A stretch of DNA of 64,000 nucleotides from Eledone cirrhosa. Taxonomy: Eukaryota. A program made the position numbers and the translations under genes. Below the pieces are notes generated by a model. It saw only the letters and a program-made list of their open reading frames with translations, was not told the origin of the DNA and made no database searches. Positions 13,676-26,938 of this stretch are shown piece by piece; position 1 is the first letter of the stretch; every line of letters starts with the position of its first letter. Location of the stretch: the NCBI GenBank assembly GCA_964016885.1, contig OZ024741.1, positions 358,236,001 to 358,300,000 on the forward strand, written 5' to 3'.

Positions 13676-13798
13676 GCATGTATGTGTATCCTCTAATTTA
13701 AATCACAATTTCCCTTGATTACCACTTTACCAGTCTAATTATACAGATATGTGTATGTATATATATGTATAAATATATGTATATATATGTATAAATAC

Positions 13799-13860
<62 letters not shown>

Positions 13861-13989
13861 ATACACACACATATATATAGGGTATTGTTCTGCCAATTAT
13901 TTGCTGACCCTACAAGTAATTGACTGAGAACAGAAGCTATTATAAAATGCAATAATGAAGTAAATACTCCTATATTGTTATAGTTATAA

Positions 13990-14310
13990 TAATTGTTTCT
14001 ATTTTTGGCACAAGGCCAACAATTACCCAGTAGATTACTAGTTCTTTATTTTATCGACCCCGTAAGGATGAAAGGCAAAGTTTACCTAGGTGGGATTTGA
14101 ACTCAGAATGGCAAGGGCCGTAACTCTATGCGTCAAAGTATGGCGTTCGACCCTCTACCGATACTGCCAATCCACCGCCCCTTTTATAGTTATAATAATG
14201 GTTCTGATTTAGGCACAGGGCCAGCAATTTTTTGGGAGGGCAAAGTCGATTAAATCGACACCAGTACGTTACTGGTACTTTATTTTGCCAACTTTACTGG
14301 TACTTTATTT
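13990..14310 (-). mobile_element. tRNA-derived SINE(s) with a Meta-like domain
   Basis: Minus strand GGCGGTGGATTGGCAG...GAGTTCAAATCC...GCCTTTCATCCTTACGGGGTCGATAAAATAAAG. Same family at 48125-48305, 50880-51052, 56800-56988 (-) and 46828-47240, 61635-61815 (+). Confidence 0.85.
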
Positions 14311-14311
14311 T

Positions 14312-14485
14312 AACTCTAAACTGTACCCATATCTAAATCCTAACCTTAACGATACCCTTAATTCTTACTCTTAATCTGAATCTTATCTCTAACCTTAATC
14401 CTAACCATAACCATAGCTGTAACCCTAATTTTAATCCTAACCCCAATCCTATTCCTAACTCCAACCCTAATCCTAACCCAAACCT
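14312..14485. repeat. Degenerate hexamer array (CCTAAC/CCTAAT)
   Basis: Degenerate units such as AACCCTAATCCTAACCC. Confidence 0.7.
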
Positions 14486-14821
14486 TCATTAAATGTTCGT
14501 AGTTATTTACAAGAACCCCACCAGTAACAAGCTTATAGCTTCCAGCTTAGAATTCCAATTGTCCTTGATTATCACTCAAATTACACAAAGATATGCGTAA
14601 TTACTTGTGATCATTTGTTCTATCATTTGAAATGCCTGCTGTAAACTTTCATCTTTGAATATATTTCATGCAGATATGATCAGTTGTTTATTTTATTTAT
14701 TTATTGTATCATTTTAATGTAGACAATGTGTGTGTATTTCAGATGATAAGTCCGCTTGATTGATATATCAACTCAGAGATGTTACATAGATGATAGTTGG
14801 TACAACTACTAAATATATCAA

Positions 14822-16297
14822 CATAGATGAATGGCTTGTGAAAGCTGTACAAGCCATGTATAGGGGAGCAGTCAGCAAAGTTAGGATTAGCAATGAGTAT
14901 AGCGAGGAATTTAGCGTACAGGTTGGTGTCCACCAGGGCTCTGTTCTTAGCCCTCTCCTGTTCATCATAGTCCTGCAGGCAATAACGGAGGAGTTTAAGA
15001 CCGGATGCCCATGGGAACTCCTGTATGCTGATGACCTCGCACTTATAGCTGAATCTATGGTAGAACTAGAGAAGAAATTCCAAACTTGGAAGCAGGGACT
15101 AGAAAGAAAGGGTCTCAAAGTCAACATGACAAAGACTAAGGTCCTTGTAAGTAGACGAGAAAACAGAACCCAGATCCCCTCAGGGAAATAGCCTTGCTCA
15201 GTATGTAGGAAAGGTATAGATAGGAACTCCATTCTCTGCCCCAAATGCAAACAATGGGTACACAAGAAATGTAGCGGGATATCAGGAAGCTTAATTAAGA
15301 ATGTAGGCTTCACATGTAGCAGCTGTGCTGGGACAGCAAGCAGCAAACAGCCACAGGAAACAAGTACCACCAATCTCTGGGAGGGCTCTGTAGAAACAGT
15401 AGACAGCTTCTGCTACCTAGGTGACCGAATTAGCAGCGGAGGTGGGTGTTCAGAAAGTACAATAACTAGGGTAAGAACGGGATGGAAGAAGTTCAGGGAA
15501 CTACTGCCACTGCTAGCTGCAAAAGGCTTCTCCCTCAAAATGAAAGGCAGACTGTATGATGCGTGTATCCGAACAGCAATGTTACATGGTAGTGAGACCT
15601 GGGCGCTGAAGGTGGAAGAGTTACGTAGATTAGAAATAAACGAAGCCTGTATGCTCCGATGGATGTGTAATAGTAATATACGCGAACGACAAAGCATAAA
15701 TGAATTGAGAGAGAGACTGAGAATAAGAGGAATCAAATGCTGTGAGCAGGAGAGACGGTTGCGTTGGTATGGACATGTGATGCGTATGAAAGATGACAGC
15801 TGCATAAAAAGGTGCAGAGCACTAGAAGTCAATGGAAACCGCGGAGTGGGGAGACCCAAGAAGACCTGGGATGAGGTGATAAAAGCCGACCTTACCCAAT
15901 TACACCTCTCAAAGGCGATGACACACGACCGTGATCTCTGGCGTCACGTAGTAATACAGAGTACCCGACCTCCCATGGTTACAAGCTGAAGCATATAGAC
16001 AATATGCCTCTACACCCTCCCACTGCAAGGTGATCGTGGAGGTGCAAAAAAGCCCCCAGCCCACACTGTAAAGTGGACGTGTAGGCGCCACGGAAAAAAA
16101 GCACCCAGCACTCACTGTAAATGAGGTTGGTGTTAGGAAGGAAATCCAGCTGTAGAAATCAAGCCAAAATCAGTTCCTGTATGAGCAAGGCATGGTCAGC
16201 CGACCAGACACTGCCTACAACAGGACAACCCGTCTAACCCATGATAGCATGGAAGAACGGACGTAAAACGGTGATGATGATGATGATGATGATGATT
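14822..16297 (+). mobile_element. 5'-truncated RTE-clade LINE
   Basis: RT C-terminal coding region, 3' UTR and a (GAT)n tail at about 16272-16297. Confidence 0.9.
14823..15989 (+). pseudogene. RTE RT C-terminal half with an inserted PHD finger; one in-frame TAG at 15189-15191
   Basis: GVHQGSVLSPLLF, LLYADD, KVNMTKTK, then CSVC..CPKC..HKKC..CSSC, FCYLG, RLRWYGHVMR and GRPKKTW, all in one frame. Confidence 0.9.
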
Positions 16298-16334
16298 TAT
16301 TGTTTCAGATGTAAAACCATACCTCTAGACCACC

Positions 16335-16660
16335 GACATGGTCGAGTGGTTTAAAAGTCCGCTTCATAATCACGAGGTCCCGGGTTCGATCCAACCATGT
16401 GGCATCTTGTGTAAGTGTCTTTCTCATAGACTCGGGTTGATTTAATCATTGTGAAGTCGGTTTGACGGAAACTGTGGAAGCCCGTCTGGTGGATTGTACT
16501 TGTATTCCAAAAATACAGTCTAGTAAAATATTGTGTCACGCTTATTTGATTTGGGAACTATGTTAAGTTTGCGTGTGTGAATGGAATATTCAACTATTCA
16601 AACGCTAATTCACGAATCGGAAGTAAAGTTGTTGGAATAACTGAATGCGCATACTGAAAA
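16335..16660 (+). mobile_element. Diverged tRNA-derived SINE; related copies at 27200-27400 and 33697-33865
   Basis: A-box-like TGGTCGAGTGG, B-box GGTTCGATCC and the shared GACGGAAACTG...GAAGCCCGTC block. Confidence 0.65.
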
Positions 16661-16864
16661 CTGAGCGATGCGTTGGTTTATCGTATAGTGTGTCACGTGA
16701 TAGGTCATGTATGAAATTTACTCCCATTGCTTAAGTTTGAAGTATTTTCCCTACTGTCCTGTCTAATATTAATCGAGTCTGGTTAAGGTAATGGCGTGAC
16801 AATTTCCACATTTTAATTAATTAACATTTCAATTAATGCTTCCATGGAGGAAAGAGTGGCATAT

Positions 16865-17200
16865 GGCTTTCTACCAAGCCTGTATGCTAATTTCCTCTTC
16901 AAAACTGCTCACCTATAGGTCCCATCCATTTCTCGTCTCTTGGGTTGGTTGCTTCCTGTTAGATTGCGCCATCTCTGTGAGTGTTGATGTGGCTTTCTGT
17001 AATTCAGCTTTACAGTACTTCAAAGTACAGATACGCTACCAGATTTATTGTACTTCAAGATTCGCCTTTGTCCCCATACTTTTCCTTCTATTCAGTAACA
17101 ACCTACTTATTGTCACTTCCAAAAACGCCCCCTCCTATGCAGATAATACCAACCTTCTTTTCTTTAACCTTCCCCACAAAAGCATCAGTCACATTTAATG
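16865..17200 (+). mobile_element. Degenerate L2/CR1-type RT fragment
   Basis: SWVGCFL...ISVSVD...PILFLLFSNNL...SYADNT. Confidence 0.55.
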
Positions 17201-17775
17201 TAAACACGCTAAATTTTGACTGATCCTATATATAGAGACATCAAAAACATCCTCTAGCGCAAAGGCTCTCAACCCATTTCGGCCAAACGACCCCTTTTGC
17301 CCCCCGAAATCACGAAACGCCCCCTACCCTATTTTTCCATTTTTCAATATACTACTGATGTTGATATAAGTAGATTACTGGGACAAATCAAATTATGTTA
17401 GAATCTTTAAAAAATACTCGTACGAATTAAATACAAAAAAGTTTCACTCTAAAACAGAAGCAAGCTATTTCAAATTATATATTTAAAAAAAAAAAAAGAT
17501 TTGATCTCATTCGAAAAAGCTTTTGTTTTAAAATTCTATATTTCACTGTTAGCTGTTGTAATATTTTGAATGGATAGACAATTTTACAATTCAAACTGTA
17601 AAGTCAAAATACAAAAGATGCAAAATATGAAGAATTTCTTACCTTTCTCTGAAATCACAAACTCAGGGGAAAAATAATACCTTGCAAAATAAAATACCCC
17701 GTAGCAAAATAAAATACTTAGTAGCAACGAATGAATTGAGAAGCTTGGTGACAGCGAGAAAGCCATATCTGTATC

Positions 17776-17816
<41 letters not shown>

Positions 17817-17820
17817 GATA

Positions 17821-17924
<104 letters not shown>

Positions 17925-17939
17925 AACGCGCGCGCACGA

Positions 17940-17995
<56 letters not shown>

Positions 17996-18164
17996 ACATA
18001 ATACACACACACACACAAACTTGTGTGTGTGTGTTTGGTACACGTCTATCTATCTACCTACCTTTCTATCTCCAGCAAGGGGCTCAAACATGGTAGACCA
18101 GACGAAAAAAAAAATATATCTATACGTGTGTGTGTGTGTGTATAATATATATATATATATATAA

Positions 18165-18701
18165 ATATAGTTAAAAGAATAGAGGTGTAACACACAAGTT
18201 ATTATAGATTGGTAAACGGAATAGAAAATGCTGACAAATTGTTCACAGTTGAAAAATGGTTTAATTAGGAATAAAAGAGTATTAGTGATTGTATGGGTTA
18301 GTATTCAGTTGTGGTTTTAAGTTTTTAAGTTTTTACCGGTTGCGCATTTCTAAATGCTTTTCAAAAATAATTTTGAGATAGAGTGTCCGTGCTGTTTGCT
18401 CTGATCTGATTAGTTTTGGGAATTCTACCTGTTTTTATGTTAAAAAAGTGGCTCCAGCGTTATTTTTGTGTTGCAAAAATGCTTGTGGTCAAAACAATTT
18501 TGATTGGTCAGTAGAGGTCATGTGAATGTAAAAAGTTGATTTTGCGCCAAGACTGTTTTTATGTTAAAAAAGTGGCTCCAGCAAAAATTCTTGGTCAAAA
18601 CAATTTTGATTGGTCGGTAGAGGTCATGTGGATAAAAAATTGGTTTTGCGCCAAGATTGAGAAATGACTCTTTCACAACAAATATGTGTGTGTGTGTGTG
18701 T

Positions 18702-18787
<86 letters not shown>

Positions 18788-18864
18788 AGTAGTAGTAGTA
18801 GTAGTAAGGTGTTCGATGCTGCGACAATGGCCAGCAGCGATGTGTGTCAAATGGCTATTAAGAT

Positions 18865-18943
<79 letters not shown>

Positions 18944-20035
18944 GCAGAGTCATTCGAAGGTCAAAAGATATTTTTCAGCTTTTGTCTTATACGGAGAAGT
19001 GCGTGTGTGTGTGTGTGTGTGTGTATAAGTCTCTTTGTATGTTGATGTACGCGTGTGTATGTGTTTGTGTATATATATGTGTGTGTGTGTGTGTGGGTGC
19101 ACCAGTATTTTTTTCCCCCTGGTAAAATGGTGTACATTATTCGATTTATCAGTAAAATCGGTTCTCTTAATAGAACATCAAAAATCTTAACAATAAAAGG
19201 TGTGAAATGATATTCACTATATATATATACACACATACATATATTCACTACACATATATATATATATATACATATATACATACATATATATGCACATATA
19301 TTTTTTTGTATTGCACCATAGAGCATGTGTGTTTACGTGTGTCATTGTGTTTATATGTGGGTAGAGATGTGTGCTGATGTAGGTATATATGTTCACGTGT
19401 GTATGTTGTGGGTTCGTCTTAGGGAGAAGTGTTTAGACGGGGTCCGTATTTGTTAATGAAGTAAGATTCCTTGCTGATGCGCTGGGTGTGAGTGGCATTA
19501 TCTTTAAATTTGTAGAGGGGAAAGATTCTGAAGTTGGGATGATTTTGGGCGGCACAGGTATCAATGTGTTCACTCAGTGGTATTTTCCTGTATTCCCGTA
19601 TTTTAATTTGGGATCTATGGACAGTCATGCGTTGGCGGAGGCTGTTTTTGGTCTGGCCTATGTATTGTTCTCGACAACCTGAACAAGTTAATACATATAT
19701 TAGATTTTCCGATGCACATGTGAAATTGTGTTTTACTATAAAACGTTGTCCATCTTTGAAATAGAATTCCGAACCCTCTATTAGGTTGATGCAAATGCCA
19801 CAGTTGGGTCTATCGCATTTTTTTACTGTGGGTTTCGTTGTTGTGGTTGGCAGTACACTCTATCTCAAAATAATTTTTGAAAAGCATTTAGAAATGCGCA
19901 ACCGGTAAAAACTTAAAAACTTAAAACCACAACTGAATACTAACCCATACAATCACTAATACTCTTTTATTCCTAATTAAACAATTTTTCAACTGTGAAC
20001 AATTTGTCAGCATTTTCTATTCCGTTTACCAATAT
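18165..20035 (-). mobile_element. PLE (Neptune-like) 3' part with a 5'-inverted pseudo-LTR at 19855-20035
   Basis: GIY-YIG coding remnant, microsatellite-rich UTR and a hammerhead-bearing pseudo-LTR; flanked by (TA)n. Confidence 0.88.
19419..19853 (-). pseudogene. PLE Cys-rich linker plus GIY-YIG endonuclease (open frame, 5'-truncated)
   Basis: KCDRPNCGIC...FTCASENLIYVLTCSGCREQYIGQTKNSLRQRMTVH...KESYFINKYGPRLN. Confidence 0.88.
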
Positions 20036-20052
20036 ATATATATATATATATA

Positions 20053-20522
<470 letters not shown>

Positions 20523-20599
20523 CTTTTCACACTTAAATATAAATGCATGTATATATACAAATGTATAAATGCATAGCTATATACATACGTAAATGTATG

Positions 20600-20669
<70 letters not shown>

Positions 20670-20673
<4 letters not shown>

Positions 20674-22128
20674 CCTATTTTGGCTCCACTTCCACCTCTT
20701 TTAAAGCTCGTCTCTATAATCACCATTCATCTTTCAAATACAAACTTAAAAGAACCAACACGGCTCTCTCAGAACTCATATGGTCCTTGAAAGACAAAAA
20801 CATTAAATATACCATCTTTTGGAAGAAGGTTTCTTCTGCATCCTCATACTTGAACAGCTCTCTATCTAAAATCTGTAATCTCTGCCTAAATGAAAAATTT
20901 ACCATTATCTCTAATCTAGATTCTATAATAAATAGACGTACAGATTTGTTTTCTATCTGCCTGCATAAATTCCATAGGACTTTTCACAAAGTATACAGTT
21001 AATATTCAATTCTTTATCAATTTAGAATCTTTTCTCAAAGGCACATATACATACACCTCTTTAAAATATATCCATCTTCCTACCTTACTTCAAAGGGCAT
21101 TATACACTCTATAATACTTGTTTACTCATTACCCTCTTTCTATCTTCACCTTGTAAAATCCTTCATAACATATACATTTGTTTTTTTGACGTTAGAATAT
21201 TCATCCGCAATTATTATTATTTTTTCTCTCTATCATAAAACTTTTTAATCTCAATTTCATCCTTAATTTATTATTTTTTTCTCCCCATCAACGAACTCAT
21301 TCTTAATACATATTAACTCTTTATTCGCATATATTATCAATTCCTTCAATATACAAACTTTAACTTCACATTATTTTTCTCAAATCCTTCTACACACAAA
21401 CCTTAATAATTTTTTTCTCTTCGTTAATTTTGAAATTGCCACAATATTTATCAACATACACTTTTTTTGACGTTAGAATATTCATCCACAATTATTATTT
21501 TTTCTCTCTATCTTCATACATAAATTCCCTTCGTTAATTTTCAAATTCCTTTAATTTATACATTATCTTCCAACGGTTCTCAACCTCTCTATGTAAAACA
21601 ATATATCTTTTCTCAGTTATAAAAACTATCTCTTTCTCTCTATCACCCATCTCTCCCTCTCCACCTTCACTCTCATCTCCTCCCCCTTTTTTCATCCTTT
21701 CCACCCCCCCTCCCTAAATAAAATATTTTTCCTCGTACATATCTTCCCTTCGTTAATTTTCAAATTCTTTTAATTTATACATTATCTTCCAACGGTTTTC
21801 AACCTCTCTATGTAAAACAATATATCTTCTCTCAGTTATAAAAACTATCTCTTTCTCTCTATCACCCATCTCTCCCTCTCATCTCCTCCCCTTTTTCACC
21901 CCCCCCTCTCTAAATAAAATATTTTTCCCAATATCACACATCAATCTAAAACCACTTTTCATATGTTGATTTAAAACTGCACTATCCACAAGTGTTTTTT
22001 AGCCTTCATATCATGTTCTCCTGTTTTATCTGATGAAAACACAAATATTATTGCATGATGATGTTTGTTTTTGAAATGCGCATAATAAAATACATGGAAC
22101 TCCTTTAACCATCTTTTGATCTTATATT
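20670..22128 (+). mobile_element. PLE 3' fragment: GIY-YIG with a C-terminal CxLC motif, long UTR with an internal duplication, and a hammerhead
   Basis: [21 protein letters not shown]...TALSELIWSLK...CNLCLNEK...INRRTDLFSICLH (ORF ends 21002); duplicated segments at about 21530-21740 and 21745-21930. Confidence 0.85.
22023..22091 (+). ncRNA. Type I hammerhead ribozyme, canonical core
   Basis: GTTTTAT-CTGATGA-[AU-rich helix II]-GAAA-TGCGCA-TA-ATAAAAT; palindromic helix III ATGCGCAT. Confidence 0.85.
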
Positions 22129-22145
22129 ATATATATATATATATA

Positions 22146-22943
22146 GACACACAACCCCCCCTCCTGCCTTGACCCTCTGACCACTTCCTGTTGTGCGCGC
22201 ACCCCACATCTCCCCTCTTCCGACCAATCTCTTCACGGATTACACATATGTGAACCTTGATCCCGAGAATCTACCGCATCCCAAGGATTTTACTCAGCAT
22301 TCCACCACATCCTTTTACGGAATTACCTTTACGACTCACCTCCAGACATACACCCCAAACATTTTTTTTCCCACAAGCCACCTACATCCACAACACGCAT
22401 AAACACCACACACACACGTGCGTACCACCACATATTTGCACATTCAGCCTCCGGAATCCTCTCCCCCCACCCCTCTATCCACACACGCACACACACTCCG
22501 ACCTACACCCCACCTCACCACACCTCATCCTGAACATGCAACCCCGTTCTTCCTCCAACCCTTGCTTTCACATACACACACACACACGTACACCTACACA
22601 CACACACCACCTTCAGCCCTCCCCGCTTCTCCCTCTCCCCACTCCACCCGCCACCACCCCTACACGCCCCACATCCTTCCACCACCTGTTTTACTCCATT
22701 TTAATTTTATTTTGATCATGCCTTTATTTTTAATTTCATTTGCACCGTTTCCTCTCACCCCCTTTTTGCTATGTCTCTCCACCACTCCCCTACACACCCT
22801 TTGAACTCTCTTCCCACACACTTTTCACCTGAAGAAGGGCTTATGCCCGAAACGTCGTTCCCCACCATCACCCCACTCTCAAGAGCGTGAAACTAATAAA
22901 CCTTTGTTCGTACTGCCTCTCTGTTTTGTTCCCGTTCAATTTT

Positions 22944-22948
<5 letters not shown>
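22146..22948 (+). mobile_element. C-rich PLE 3' UTR/pseudo-LTR with a minimal hammerhead at 22827-22858
   Basis: CTGAAGA-A-GGGC(TTAT)GCCC-GAAA-CG-TC, then AATAAA; bounded by (TA)n. Helix I is only about 2 bp. Confidence 0.65.
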
Positions 22949-22998
<50 letters not shown>

Positions 22999-23221
22999 TG
23001 AGATAAGCGGAGCAAGCAAGATTCAAACAATTTTAAAAAATAAATTAAAAAATATAATTTAAATATTTACCTATTCCAATTGCGTCTATGTTTACTTCCG
23101 CTTCTACTATGGGATGGTTCATGCATAGGTCAAATTTTCGGCCCCATTCGATCCTGTGCTAGCTGGCAGATGGCAATATATTTTGCCGTTCCTGGGACTT
23201 TTTGTCCTAGGAAAGGAAAAT

Positions 23222-23302
23222 GGTCTCTGATGATCTAAACTTTTCCATTGGAAGTCCCTAGGGATCTCCAATCTTTTGTGAAGTGAAACCGTCGGTAAAA
23301 GC
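23222..23302 (+). ncRNA. Hammerhead-like motif with long helix II, partly decayed
   Basis: CTGATGA...TTGGAAGTCCC/GGGATCTCCAA...GAAA-CCGTCGG-TA; weak helix I. Confidence 0.5.
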
Positions 23303-23307
23303 AATTG

Positions 23308-23350
<43 letters not shown>

Positions 23351-24139
23351 TACATACATACATTTACGTATGTATATAGCTATGCATTTATACATTTGTA
23401 TATATACATGCATTTATATTTAAGTGTGTAAGGATGTTGACATGATTATTTATGTTTTTTTTTTGTTGGTACGGAGAAAATTCTGTCTCCAGATTTTATT
23501 ACCTAGGGAGATTAAATACCACAGCTCTGGCTGAAAGCTGACCAGGTTGAGAACCTTTGCTTTAACGGGTTCATGTTAATCATGTCTCCTTCAACAGTAC
23601 AAAGATGAATGGAATCAACCAGCGTTCCCCATCTAATTAAGGATAGAATGAAAAAGGAAACATAGCTCCGTCTATTTCGGCGATGAGTGTTCTAGTTGTT
23701 CAACTCATGAAATTAATGTAATTCTCAGAGAAATTCAGTGTGACAAGGCAGGTCGTTTGAGTTACATGTACAGCATATTTGACTTCTTGGCAGAGCTGCT
23801 CTGCTACAGAACGTGTCGTAGGTGGCGGATAGCGATTCAGATGCGACCACCAGATATGATGGTTCCGGTCGGATGAATTAGTAATCCCGGACCCAAAACG
23901 GTAAACTACTAGGAGAGATGGAACAATGGTTGACACTGTTAGCTTCCAAGAAAACCCTCACAACCAAGTGATATAGCTACGACGAGAAAAGTACCAGTTT
24001 GGTGATTGGTGCAAATAAGACCACCAAAAAGCTGTAATATGGTTAGATGCAATAAAAGCATTCATACCACTTCATCGTTTGCGCGAGTTCACAAGGCCAT
24101 GGGTTAGGGGCCTGTTTAAAAATATGTTGCCGTCTTAAT

Positions 24140-26938
24140 TCCACGTTCTGAGAACTGGCAATGGATGTGCGACCTGTCCTTGGACGCGTTGGATGGACGT
24201 ACAAATGTTGGGTATCCCAAAGAGACCCCAAAGAGAATCCAAAAGGGAACAAATCTCAACAATTGGTAACTGGAACGTTTACAGATAAGGAGCAGAAACT
24301 AGTGGAAAAAGTCAAATGCTTCCGCCTAGATATAGTCGGGCTTTCCTCAACAAAGTTCCGTGGATGGAGGATGGAAACTCCAGGTGTGGTAACAGAAATG
24401 ACTGCCCTGGTGGAAGTAGGGATACTCACATGTCTCCGATTGTCGGAATGGGTTATGGACTGGATCCCATTGGGAGGGAGGATTTGCCTCTTGAAGCTTA
24501 GGCTGAGAGAAATGCCTCTATGAATGGTGCAAGTTATGCGTCAAACAGAGTCCGAATACATATCCTTCCTTAATGGAATCACTGCAGCTATGACTGAATC
24601 ATATATCCTAATGAGAGACTTCAATGTTCATGTTGGCACTGACTACCTGACATGGAAAGGAGTGATTGGCAGGAACGATGATTCCGATCTAAATACGAAT
24701 GAAGAAGCCTTATTAGACTTCTGTTCTAGTAATTGGCTAAGTATTATGACTATCTTCCAGCACAGAGACATCCATAAATATACATCATATAAGGGGAATC
24801 AGGGACAGAGGTCAATAATTGATTTTGCTATTGCCTTGATATATTCGATTCTGTTCTGGGTGTTCGTGTTAAGAGAGAGGTTGAGCTTTCAACTGATTAC
24901 CATCTGGTTATCTGCAGTCCGAGACTACCTAAAGCCAAGTGAGCCCACAAAATTTACAGGGCCAGCTCGACCTACAGGATAAAGTGTGAAGCGTTGGTGT
25001 GGCGCCGGGTGGAAAGGGGACCCATTGATTCCATCAAGTAGTCAAAGATGTCATCCTAGCAAAGAGGGTGGCTTACAAAGCTTGGTTTGGAAATAAGTCC
25101 TCCTTGCAATTGCGGTACAAACAGGCACGACAAGACGCAGCAAAGACAGTAAAGGCGTCCAAAGTTGGGAAAACTTTGGGGTTAAGCTGGAATCCAACTT
25201 TAGATCAGCAAATAAAGTGTTCTGGTAGACCATCAAGTGACTTCGTAATAAGAAGTCCTCTTCCACGCTTGCTATCAGGAACGCATATGGAGTTCTCCTC
25301 TCTTCAGAGAGGTTCATCCTCGTGAGGTGGAGAGAATACTTTTCTGATCTCATAAACCTGGTCACAACAACAGCTTCTAATGTATCTATGAGCGATGACT
25401 AACTCTTGGGGGGTCGAAGCCACAAGAATAATCAAAGAACTCAAATGTGGCAAGGTCATTGCGGAGGATGAAATTCGGCCTCAAAAGAGCCTTAGATAGA
25501 GAAAGTATTCTCTGGCTGACTCGTATGCGCCAGGTGGACTAGATTTCTGGAAAGGTAGCTACGTAATGGCTATCGGAATTATTAATCCCAATTTTCAAAG
25601 AGGAAAGATTGCTCTGATTATTGAATAATCACCCTGTTAAACCTCCTCGGTAAAGTCCGTGCTAAGTGTCTGGCAAAGACATGAAGGGATATTGTCGTTT
25701 CCAATTTGACCGACAAACAATGTTGTTTTCGTCCCAGATGCAGCACCACCGACCAAATATTCCAATTGACCCATGTTTTCGAGAAATCGTAGGAATATTG
25801 CCAAGAGATGTATGCTTGTTTCATAGACATCGAAAAAGCATATGACCGCGTTCCGCGGGACCTCCTTCTGGAAGGTTCTGCAGGAATATAGAATCTATGG
25901 ACAGATTCTTGTTGCCCTGAAATCTCTATACAAATGCTCTAGTATTTGTGTTCGGATAAATGGGGCTACGTGGAAACAATTCAATATGGTCGTCGGACTT
26001 CATCAAGTGTATATACCGTCACCTCTCCTGTTCATAATCTTCATGAACAGGATTGATATGCACAGCCGGTTTGGATGTACTATCAAGACTGGCAGGTGAA
26101 GGATCAATCGTTTGGAATTTGCAGACATGGTACAAATTAAGTTATCGGAAACCGATCTCCGACATGCATTGGATAGGTTCGCTGCTGAGTGTTGCATGGC
26201 AGGAATGAAAATCAGTACTGCGAAGACTGACACACTCGTACTCTCTAGGAAGCCTACGCAATGCACTCTACATGTGAATGGTAGTCTCCTGAAATAGGTG
26301 AAGTTCAAGTATCTCGGAGTTGTGTTCATGAGTGGTGAAATGCAGGAAGGTGAATTAAGTGCAAGAATTGCTGAAGCTGCTGCAGTAATTCGCCAGCTTC
26401 AACATTCAGTAATCAGAAGAAGGGAGTTAGGTGTAAAAGCCAAACTGGCTATCTACGAAATTTTCAGTATTCGTGCAAACTCTTATCTATGGGCATGAAA
26501 CTTGGGTAATAACCGAAAGAATACGATCGTGAATACAAGCGGTCGAAATGGGATTCCTCCGAAGGGTCTTTGGATTAACCTTACTCGTTAGAGTGCGTTG
26601 TTCGGAAATCAGCGAATCGCTCCAAGTATAGCCGCTACTTCTTCGAATTAAGAGATCATAGCTCCGATGTTACGGACATGTGGTTAGATTATCTCAGGAA
26701 AGAATTGCTGCATAGATTTTACAGGCAAAACCAACCGGCATGAGACCCCAGTGTTAGACCCCAAACAAGATGATTGGATAACATCCATGAGCTCTGCTGG
26801 TGTTGGTTGGGGATCCAGCCGGATCAACTGGATACCGTTGCTTTTGACAGGACCCGCTGGAAGGCGTGCTTAAGGATTTTACCCCAACAACCCTCCTGGG
26901 AATAATTAGGCAAGGAAGCAGAAGAAAAAAAAAGAAGA
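24140..26938 (+). mobile_element. Near full-length but heavily mutated RTE-clade LINE; 3' fragment also at 54685-54827
   Basis: APE motifs LDIVGLSSTK, DFNVHVG, SIIDF. RT remnants SPLLFIIFM, EFADM, MKISTAKT, FKYLGVVF. Ends in a (GAA)n tail; many stops and frameshifts. Confidence 0.88.

Noticed and set aside
14312-14485. Possible interstitial telomere
   Set aside because: Too degenerate; few perfect CCCTAA units.
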